Assembly: GCA_018985225.1 (NCBI GenBank)
Contig: JADGIF010000005.1
Location: 1 to 32,000, forward strand
DNA from: Amoeboradix gromovi X-113
Taxonomy: Eukaryota; Fungi; Sanchytriomycota
Direction of reading: 5' to 3'
DNA length: 32,000 nucleotides
A model generated the notes under the pieces. The model ran no database searches. It saw only the letters and a list, made by a program, of their open reading frames with translations, and was not told the origin of the DNA. Position 1 is the stretch's first letter. Every line of letters starts with the position of its first letter. Positions 18,334 through 26,855 of the stretch are shown here, piece after piece. Both the position numbers and the translations under genes were made by a program.

Positions 18334-20454
18334 TTAAAATGTAGAGTATATCGCATTAGAGGCTTTGCTGCTATCAGTGCCCTTGCCCAATTTTGATAAA
18401 AGCGTTCTTCGGAATGGCGCAAAGTGCAAGACTGTAAATAATAATAAAGTGCTTGCAAAGAATCTCACAATCACAGAAAAGGTGATATCCCAGAGCTTGG
18501 GAGTATAATATTTTGCAACTTTGTCTACCGATTGAACTGTAAAAACACTAGTTGCTTTCGTATGCTCATATGACAATATTGTTGAGTTGATAGTAGCCGA
18601 CCTTCTTCTCAAACTTTTCTTTGACTCCAACAAAACCTCTAAAGTACTGTCATAAAGAGTAGTGTCAAGTTCAAGGCTTTTTCCAATGTTTGTCACATCT
18701 TCAGTAGCTTCACTTTGGGGGACTGAATTGGCGTACGTTTTAGATAATGATTTCTTAATCTCTGCTAAAGTAGAGCTGGTCGCATTCTCAGCAGAAGCAA
18801 TATAAAAATCGAGAGTAGTGACAAACACTACAGTAGATTCAGTGGATTCCGTAGATTCCGTAGATTCCGTTGATTCAGTAGATTCCGTAGATTCCGTAGA
18901 TTCAGTAGAAACGATAGAAGAAATATAAGCAACAGTACTGGTAGAAACTGGCGCACTAAAGAGATTATCTTTGACACACTTTGCAAAATCATTGCTGTTC
19001 GTAGACTTCAAAAGTGGATTTTCTGAGATGTTGCAAGCTACTAAATTACTGGTGCTGTTGAAAAAGATGTCGGTGATAGAGTTGTTCTGAACATACAAAT
19101 ACTCAGGATTCAACAACCATAGCGTGCCGCTAAAGTTGTTATCATATAGAATCAACGACTTAATGGCAGAAGGAATGCTTGGAAGGTCTCCAGTGAAAGT
19201 ATTGACAGATAAATCCAAGTAAGTCATGTTGACAGGTATTGCGAAGAGTAGACCAGAGAGCTGATTGTATCCGACATCAAAAGTTTCCATAGAGATAGGC
19301 AAAGTCGATGGGAGAGTGCCTGTCAAGGAATTATGACTGATGTTGAGAAAAGATAAGCCTGTTGGCAGAGTGGCTGGAAAATAACCAGTGATGCCGTTCA
19401 TTTCCAACTTCAATGTCGTGAGTAAGTCAGGTATACTGGCACTCTGTATTACACCATTTAAACCATAGCCTTTCCAGTTGATCTGCACTACACGACCTGA
19501 AGAGCCCTGGTCACATGTGACTCCGGAAGCAACACAGCAGTTGCCATAAATCACCCCCATGTTGCTAGGATTCACCTCTTGCATCCGCAATGCTCTGGCT
19601 AGGTCTATCACTTTTGGACAATCGGTGGAGATAGAGTAAGCACCATTCTTATTACATTTTGCAAGGGTTGGTGAGCTTATCTGTGCTAGTATAGGGTTGC
19701 TGGACAAATCACAGTCAAACCAAGGGTTGGTGTCGGTACCAATGACAACGCTGGTTACGTAGGTACCTGGCATATGTATTAGCTTTGGTGCAGCCAAATA
19801 TAATGTGCCATTGAACCTGTTGGTTGGATAAGCATAGTTCAAATAAACTTCTGAAATGCCGCTCGGAAAAGCTGGCAATGGTCCCGTCAAGTAGTTTCTA
19901 TGCACTTCAAAGAACTGTAATCCAGCTGGAAGGGTTTTTGGCAACCAGCCAGTTAAAAGGTTATTCCTTATATAGTACGCGTAGATATTAGGAGGTAGAG
20001 TCTGGTGCATCTGACCAGTCAATGAATTTATGATGCAGCTGAATGTAACAGTGCTGGTAGGAAGAGTAGGGTACATATTACCACTTAAAGAGTTAAAACT
20101 GAGGTTTATAGTTTGCAGCGAGTCAGGCAACATCGGGATTCCCCCAGTTATTGAGTTTGAGGACAAATCTAACACTGTTAGCGCGTTTGGGACTGCTGTC
20201 CCCAAGATAGTTCCATCTAATCCCCAACCTGACCAGGTTATCTGAGCTACGCGCCCACTTACACATGTCACACCGTTTGCAGTGCAGCAATCAGAGTTTA
20301 TGAGTGCCATGACAGCAGGCTGCTTTGTATTTACGTGCAGTCCCGTGGCAAGGTTGATGACATTTGGACAGTCAACCGATACGGCGAAGGTTGTTTTTAC
20401 GAACCAAATCATCAATAACATCCAAAGAGAAGTCATCGCGCTCGTGTTTGACAT
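18334..20454 (-). CDS. Cell-surface receptor-like LRR protein (signal peptide, two Cys-capped LRR modules, S/T stalk, C-terminal TM)
   Basis: 706 aa with a hydrophobic N-terminus. Module caps are DCPNVINLA...DCCTANGVTC and DCPKVIDLA...NCCVASGVTC, followed by plant-type LxxLxLxxNxLxGxxP repeats, STE repeats and a TM near the C-terminus. Confidence 0.85.
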   Translation of the reverse strand: MSNTSAMTSLWMLLMIWFVKTTFAVSVDCPNVINLATGLHVNTKQPAVMALINSDCCTANGVTCVSGRVAQITWSGWGLDGTILGTAVPNALTVLDLSSNSITGGIPMLPDSLQTINLSFNSLSGNMYPTLPTSTVTFSCIINSLTGQMHQTLPPNIYAYYIRNNLLTGWLPKTLPAGLQFFEVHRNYLTGPLPAFPSGISEVYLNYAYPTNRFNGTLYLAAPKLIHMPGTYVTSVVIGTDTNPWFDCDLSSNPILAQISSPTLAKCNKNGAYSISTDCPKVIDLARALRMQEVNPSNMGVIYGNCCVASGVTCDQGSSGRVVQINWKGYGLNGVIQSASIPDLLTTLKLEMNGITGYFPATLPTGLSFLNISHNSLTGTLPSTLPISMETFDVGYNQLSGLLFAIPVNMTYLDLSVNTFTGDLPSIPSAIKSLILYDNNFSGTLWLLNPEYLYVQNNSITDIFFNSTSNLVACNISENPLLKSTNSNDFAKCVKDNLFSAPVSTSTVAYISSIVSTESTESTESTESTESTESTESTESTVVFVTTLDFYIASAENATSSTLAEIKKSLSKTYANSVPQSEATEDVTNIGKSLELDTTLYDSTLEVLLESKKSLRRRSATINSTILSYEHTKATSVFTVQSVDKVAKYYTPKLWDITFSVIVRFFASTLLLFTVLHFAPFRRTLLSKLGKGTDSSKASNAIYSTF
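18832..18909 (-). repeat. 9-bp coding tandem repeat (about 8.7 units) encoding (STE)n
   Basis: + strand unit GTAGATTC(C/A) repeated with synonymous variants. Confidence 0.95.
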
Positions 20455-20806
20455 TCTTTGTTTTATATTTAGGCCGTTGGCAGATTCGAATTATGTTCTG
20501 ACACTAAAAAGAACCGCTGCCCAAATAATTGGAAATGGAAGATAGAGGAGCACGATTGCATCATGAAATCGCAATATCATTTTTTCGTTCATGCTCTTCC
20601 TACGGTTGATGCTGTAATAGCAATCTTGTGACACAAATATACTGAGATCCAGGAACGAGCTTGAAGCATAAATATGAGCCTAATATTAAAACCTGCTATT
20701 AAGCTTTGAATTCAATATATTTAACATTTGTATGGATTCACGCTCGTTGGAAATTTACCATAAGATTTACTTAATTTGAGTTTCATTCCTCATGGATCTA
20801 GCACGC

Positions 20807-20900
20807 CTCGTGAAAAGTCCTGATGAGCTGTAGATGCACATATCTCTAGTAAAATAGCTAGGAACCTGCTGTACTAATGTCAAGTAAATTTATTGTACAG
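20807..20900 (-). mobile_element. Diverged right end/omegaRNA of the IS607-like Fanzor family (copy 4, right end)
   Basis: Minus strand ATCAGGACTTTTCACGAG (20824-20807) matches the family terminus ATCAGGACTTTTAACGAG at 17/18 positions. Similarity to the scaffold further upstream is weak. Confidence 0.6.
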
Positions 20901-21453
20901 TCCAATAGAATTCTGTTGCTGAAACTTCCATTCAGTTAATGTCCAGATTAGACTTCATAGAGCTCTTGCTTGATATTGTGATCTTAAAAGTCGGTATAGG
21001 AAATAGCTCCGTCAGTTAAAAGACCTGGGTTAGCTATTCATTCTTCACCTAATGTTGACTTCCACGGTGAAATGAATAGACAATCTTAGGTCTTGGCGTA
21101 CTGCAAAAAGGATGCGAAATGTCATAAATATGTCAATGAACTAAGCTTTTATCAAAAAATTTGATTTTAGGTCAAGACGAGGAAATTTATTCTAATTCTC
21201 CTTCAAATGCCATTAGTTGAACAAAAACATAAACGGCGTAAAATTCACTTCCCGTGGTTTAATTTGATCAGCGCGATGATAGGCACCACATCTGTTAATT
21301 ATATGCTGGTGTTTGTGTACAAATTACACTGGATGGTTGATAATGTGCATTAATGCAGTGGTTAGAAAGACTACTCAATTCTTAGCATGGCTTCTCTAGA
21401 TTTCTTTCCATGCCCTCCAGGTATTCATTGCATAATAGATGGTGTAGCGGGTT

Positions 21454-21543
21454 TCATATTGTGCATGTGTATGTCTCCAAATTGGTTTTATTAGTAAACC
21501 GTTCATAGTATTCTAGAAATGTCTTTCCTCTTTATTAGCACTC
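21454..21543 (-). pseudogene. Fanzor2 fragment (copy 4 coding remnant)
   Basis: EC**RGKTFLEYYERFTNKTNLETYTCTI* aligns to KCKQRGKTMVECNESFTSQT[CTRCATLKKT]NLETYTCTKC from copies 1 and 2 with a 10-codon deletion. Same strand as the right end at 20807. Confidence 0.75.
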
Positions 21544-21679
21544 CATATATTTGTGCACCATCTGAATATCTTGTTTTATGAAGTTTGAAACGTTTAGAAT
21601 GCGATTATTGGAGCGATGTATCTCGTTTAATCACGAATGCGTCATGCGATCCAAAACACAATAAAAATAATTAGCAAGT

Positions 21680-23474
21680 TTATTTTAACCCTAAATCTTG
21701 TGCTACCAGCTTTGAGCAAATTGAATGATACCTGTTTCTAGCCAGCTCAAATGTCGCCTTAGCTTCGGACGGGTAATTCTTGTTATATACGCGATACAAC
21801 GGCCTTACGTACTTCATTCTTCCTTGATTTAACAAGAATGAATTCGCTAATGGTAACACTTGATCATATTTATGCTTCAAACACAATTTAATAAATCTGT
21901 ACTGCAGTTCCAAATTAGCTGGTGGTTTCTCTACATAATTGAATTGAGCGCTAAACAATTTCACAAATTCTATATTCAATGGCCTGTCAATCAACACATC
22001 CATCAAATAGATTTGTTGATCTATAGACAATCCTTCAAATCCTTCCAATGTTGATGGCAATTGAACCCACTTGTTAACTAGCTCTGTGACCTGGTTAAAC
22101 AATGTTAATCCAAATGAAGCTTTTACTGGCGGTAAGCCTTGATCATTAAACCAACTGTTGAAATCCACGGCATTTATCAACTCTAATTTGTGGCTTGCCT
22201 TTTCGCTAGTCCAAATGATCAAAAAATCCTTCCAGTCCTGTGCGCTTAACGATTTATATTTGAAATTGTTGATATATTCCTTGGAGTACTTCTCGAATAG
22301 GTCGTATCCTAATATGGTTTCAATGTGGTACAACAATTGAAAACCTTTTTCATATGGAACTGAGCTAAATGCGTCATCGGGATCAATTCCACTTAATTTG
22401 GGACAAAGTTTTGTATATTCAAGCTCATTTGATTCAGTGTATCGGTTAATACTCTCTTTCATATCATGGTCACCCTGCAATGCCGCAAATTGACGCACAT
22501 CCTCACCATGAAGTTTTCGAAGAATCGCCCGCTCGAGCCACACTGTCCATCCTTCATTTAGAAAGAAAGATTCCCAAGAATGATTTGTAACTAGGTTTCC
22601 AGTCCAACTATGCGCAATTTCATGAGCAACAACATCAGTGAGAGATCTATCACCTGCAATTAGTGAAGGAGTAACAAATGTAAGATTAGGATTTTCCATA
22701 CCTAAATTAGAAATCAATACCTCCGAACGGGAATGAAAACGGTAAAACCAAGATATCGTACAAACCCCAGGCGTATGGAGTCAATATATCCTCTGCGGCT
22801 TTAATGAACTTTTCAGTTTCTGCAAATTCATATGCACATTTATCGATAAGTTCCGGTTCAGAATAAACATTACTGCGGGGACCAATTGGTCTAGAAACTA
22901 AGTTTCCAACTGCCAAGGCTAATAAGTAACTGGGAATTGGAATAGATTGCTCAAAACTTGTAATTTGTTTGTCTTCCAGCTTTTCAGTTCGAATCTTTAA
23001 GGCTGACATTAAAGGAACAAGGAATTCATTACTGCAGTTCTTTTCAGTTACTTCAACTGTGGCGTAGTATTTGAATTTCAACTTTGGGGCATCAAAGCAA
23101 GGCAGTAGGGATCTAGCATGAATTGCTTGGCATTGTGTAAACAAATATTTTGTTTTAGACAATGTTTGATTCTTTGACAAAAACTTGGCAGCAGTACATT
23201 TGTCTGTCGTAGAATAAGTTATTTCGACTTTGTCTGTAGGTTCCTCAAAGTCAATCTGAAGTGGGGTGCCTAGAGCATGATGAGTTTCTAGCATACTGAA
23301 TTTGCCGTTAGTGCTTTCAATCTTCAGAAAACTGGTATCGAGCGTAACACTCTTGGTAGGTTCGGATAGCAACCATGTACATTTTCCATGAATAGTGTTA
23401 GTTTCAAAATCAACCTTGATTGCCCATGTTAAATGAGATGGAATCGCATTAGAAAAAGAGCAAGGATCTACCAT
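21680..23474 (-). CDS. LTA4H: Leukotriene A4 hydrolase / M1 leucine aminopeptidase; exons 23474-22721 and 22701-21680 (591 aa)
   Basis: DPCSFSN, FTQCQAIHARS, PIPSYL, HEIAH-x18-E, PDDAFSSVPYEKG and QGRMKYVRP are present. Removing the intron at 22720-22702 restores the GGMEN motif in frame. Confidence 0.95.
22702..22720 (-). other. 19-nt spliceosomal intron GTATTGATTTCTAATTTAG
   Basis: GT...AG ends, internal CTAAT branch-like motif, phase 1. Its removal gives TTC GGA G|GT ATG GAA AAT CCT (FGGMENP). Confidence 0.85.
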
Positions 23475-23755
23475 GTGGGAAAAACTCTTCAAACTTTTAA
23501 AACAAATGTCTCAAAATGCTAAAGTAATTGCTTTGGTACTCATTATTTGAGTTAAAAATTCTTGATATTCTTCTTGTTTGCCAGTCAGAACTTTTGTCAT
23601 TGCTCAGTAGATTTTTTACGACTTTGAGATTGTTAAAACAAGATTCACACCTCGATCGACGAGAACATCATAGTGCAGATCTTAGAACCTTAAGAGATCG
23701 CCGAATGCTATTGTGCTTGCCACCATTATCATTTCAACTTTAGCATTATTGAAAT

Positions 23756-24162
23756 GGGACACCAAATTTAAAAACTAGACTAACTCGTTTTTAAAGAAGG
23801 TGCACCATCGGAGGAAATGCTATCATTAATAAAAGATCTTCTATTATACCAGTTTTCTTTCATTGATTGTATTCCCTCTTCAAAATAATACTAGATATGA
23901 GGTCTTTGAGCATCTAAGCAAAAGGTGCATTTTCTTACTCTTATATATTTCTTTGAAGTGTAATAGTGATGTTTTATTTGAAATAAAGATTGGATGAAAG
24001 AGTAAGAGAACAGCTGTACAGAATATTTATTTTCCTTTTATACTCGTCAACTCCGCAACTAGCTGAATGTCCACTCGCCTCTTGAATCCATAAAATAATA
24101 AAGCTGAAATAATGATTCAAACTTTATCAGAAAGTTAGTCCAGTTTTTATATTTGATGTCCC
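23756..24162. mobile_element. Non-autonomous TIR element (MITE), copy B, with apparent AAAT target-site duplication
   Basis: AAAT|GGGACACCAAATTTAAAAACTAGACTAAC ... GTTAGTCCAGTTTTTATATTTGATGTCCC|AAAT. Homologous to 13321-13837. Confidence 0.88.
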
Positions 24163-24564
24163 AAATGTTCTTTAAGCAGGGTGTACAACTGATTCTGTAT
24201 TTAGAGCACACTTAAGGAAACTGCAAGGCCTACGTTGAATGCAAATGTCTGAAATAAATCAGGTTTCACGTTTCTGGAGTGTAGATAACCTGTGTAGATG
24301 ACACTTAAGCATAGTTGCATTCTCATATTTCATATTTGTCGTCACTATCTTCACATAACAACTTCCCTGCGCATCATATTAGTTTTTCTTGCATTCGCAA
24401 GTGTTTCCTATGATGTTGTTTGACGTAGCACTCTGGTGATAATTGTTAGATATGGCCTTGAGTAATTTTTCTGTGTTTTGCCGCCTCTAGTTAATTCATA
24501 GAGGATGTAGATAGTATCGGAAAAGAAAACTCACTTTAATGGGAGGATTGACTAGAAATAGTAT

Positions 24565-25251
24565 TTATTCGCAAAACTTGGGTGGTGGTGCATTTAATGG
24601 TATATTTCCGATTTCAAAATCGGAATTTTCAAATTGTAAGATCTCTTCGCGAGTTAAATTCACTTCACATTCAACTTCTTCGACTTCTACACTGGGCGCA
24701 TTAATAGCAAAAGTACCGCGCTGGAAAACACTTTGAATTTTTGGTGGGTTAATGAAACTAAAATTTTGAACGGATGTAGAACGTGGAGTTGAAGTCTGTA
24801 AAAACGGTTTGGCTTGATTAGTAAAACTAAAAGGTATTTCTCGTTCATGCCTGTAGTCATTGGGCATATAATTATAAAGATCGTCACGTGGGTGATTGTC
24901 ATTTCTGTATGTGCTTCTATTTGTGTTTTGACTAGCATTATTGCTAGAATTGTACCTATTTCCGTCCCTTGTTTGGCTTCGATTAGTATTTTGGGTTGGG
25001 TTTACATCATGTGAAAATCTACAATTGTCACCAAATCTGCATTGTCCCGTCTCGGAAAAGTTACGACAAACCAATCGAGTATCGTCACCTTGATTTCTTC
25101 TACTTGCTCGATGGTCTGGTTCTTTGGTAGCATATGCATAATTCTCTACTTCAACATCGTGGGAGTACCTGCAGTTTTCGCCAAATCGACAGGTGCCTGT
25201 CTCCGCAAAAAAGCGACAAACTCTCGACATGTTTCCGTTGTTTTGGGACAT
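24565..25251 (-). CDS. NUP42: Nucleoporin Nup42/NUPL2(CG1)/Amo1-like protein with two CCCH zinc fingers
   Basis: Two C-x7-C-x5-C-x3-H fingers. C-terminal LTREEILQFENSDFEIGNIPLNAPPPKF matches the Gle1-binding C-terminal motif of Nup42/NUPL2. Confidence 0.8.
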   Translation of the reverse strand: MSQNNGNMSRVCRFFAETGTCRFGENCRYSHDVEVENYAYATKEPDHRASRRNQGDDTRLVCRNFSETGQCRFGDNCRFSHDVNPTQNTNRSQTRDGNRYNSSNNASQNTNRSTYRNDNHPRDDLYNYMPNDYRHEREIPFSFTNQAKPFLQTSTPRSTSVQNFSFINPPKIQSVFQRGTFAINAPSVEVEEVECEVNLTREEILQFENSDFEIGNIPLNAPPPKFCE

Positions 25252-25390
25252 GCAATCTGAGACTCAGATCACCACGTTGAATCAGTACTTTTTATGGATG
25301 CGCATTGCGGACTTCTCAAACGTTTTGTTCTTTAATATCCTTTTTGCGTACTATACTTCTTGTAGGCTTTAACAACTTCATCCGTTTTTA

Positions 25391-25536
25391 TGCATCCTTG
25401 TTCAATCCCGCCTCGGGGTAGTGAAAGCATGAGCAATCACTATAACAGATTAACTAGCACAGCTAGTTTCTCTGTGGAAATTCTCCATTTCCTCGGAAAT
25501 CAGGACTTTTAACGAGGTTACAACAAGTGTTATTGA
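25391..25536 (+). ncRNA. Stand-alone Fanzor omegaRNA copy (copy 3): scaffold 25391-25516 plus candidate guide GTTACAACAAGTGTTATTGA
   Basis: Clear homologue of 13982-13861 and 31187-31066 ending CAGGACTTTTAACGAG at 25516. No Fanzor Zn-finger/RuvC coding sequence lies upstream. Confidence 0.75.
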
Positions 25537-25843
25537 ATAAACAAATTTATCGAGAACACGTGTCTTTTTTATATGTATACTCTTCTTTTCTAGATACTCC
25601 AATGGTATAAAAAGAGGATCCTCGCTGTTCATCAATGGCAAGTAGCTCTAAACCTCGCAATCCTGAATACGTCAGATCTGAAGAAAAAACTAATAGATAT
25701 AGTAAACACTCATCGATATTGAGAAATTGGTGTGGGTAGAGATCATGAGCCACAGCGGTTTATCAGAAATCAGCGATTTCTATGGTGGGCATCTAAACTT
25801 TTGCACGTCGAATCAATTCTTAACTTTCTTAGATTGTTATTTA

Positions 25844-26032
25844 TTAGGTCGTATGACTGGGTTCTAAAGAAGATGAGGATAGTTTGTCGTTGCGTGTCAC
25901 ATTTGTTGACATTCTCTCTCTTTCTTCGTTCTGCTGACGATGGACCAGATAAACAGACGCACCTGCAAATAACACAGAAATGGCTAGCACTACTTGTGAT
26001 TGTCTATTACTATTTGTCATCTCCTTTGACAC
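25844..26032 (-). CDS. PET117: PET117-like cytochrome c oxidase assembly factor
   Basis: SQVVLAISVLFAGASVYLVHRQQNEERERM fits the Pet117 pattern S..(T/V)L.......V..VH..Q..ER..M. The C-terminus is short. Confidence 0.55.
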   Translation of the reverse strand: MSKEMTNSNRQSQVVLAISVLFAGASVYLVHRQQNEERERMSTNVTRNDKLSSSSLEPSHTT

Positions 26033-26855
26033 ATTAAACGAACTTTGAGAAATGGCAGATTCACTTCAAAGTGACCAAAGATAGGCTAGTGTAAGACTGC
26101 GAAAACTTAAACAAGCAATTTCAATGTAATTCGAAAGGCCTAACCTTAAGCAACTCTCCTTTTTTACACCGTTTTCTGCCACGTGAGTGTAGAAGATTTG
26201 TTTTTTATTGCTTGGTGATTTAGTATAATTAGCATATTGTGGTATGGAGAATTTCGAATCACCTGTCATGAATGCGAAGAGCCAAACATCATGTTTTTAC
26301 TTGATTAGAAATTTACAATGTGAAAGAACTATTGGAACGATAAAAGCTATGTAATAGCAATAAATGGTTTATTCAATTAGAATCAATGACTGTTCGTCAA
26401 GTTTGCTATCAAATGCTGTACAACAGTTGATATATCAAGACTGTCTCTTTGCATCATGCGGCAATTACGTTGACAACTGTAAATGCTTAGACTCTTGATG
26501 CATATTTACTTTTTGTGTCTTTACGATAATTGAACAAAACGTTGCTTAACGAATAGTAAGATGAGACTTATATCCGCATCAGACTCGGAGATCCATAACA
26601 ATGTGATACAATAGAAAAGAGTCCACCTCTTTGGATTGGTGTCAATCGATGCATGTTATGTGTCTCTAAAGGCCACTGTTTTAATCGCAATTTTCTTTTT
26701 AGGACCTTCCATAGGCACTGGAACAACTGTTTGAAGTTGCTCTATTTCATAAACACATCAATATTGATACCCAACTAGCAATTCTGATTTATTGAAAATA
26801 GAACAACGTTCAGGAGACACAAGGCCAGCATGTCATTCTCTATCTCGAATGCTGC

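Noticed and set aside
18832-18909. Short direct repeats as a possible CRISPR-like array
   Set aside because: Contiguous 9-bp coding units without spacers.
21518-21528. 11-nt match (AATGTCTTTCC) between the copy 2 candidate guide and the copy 4 fragment
   Set aside because: Short, scaffold-distal and without a seed or TAM match, so it is consistent with chance.
24177-24190. CAGGGTGTACA resembling a Tc1/mariner TIR start
   Set aside because: No TA flank and no matching inverted partner found nearby.
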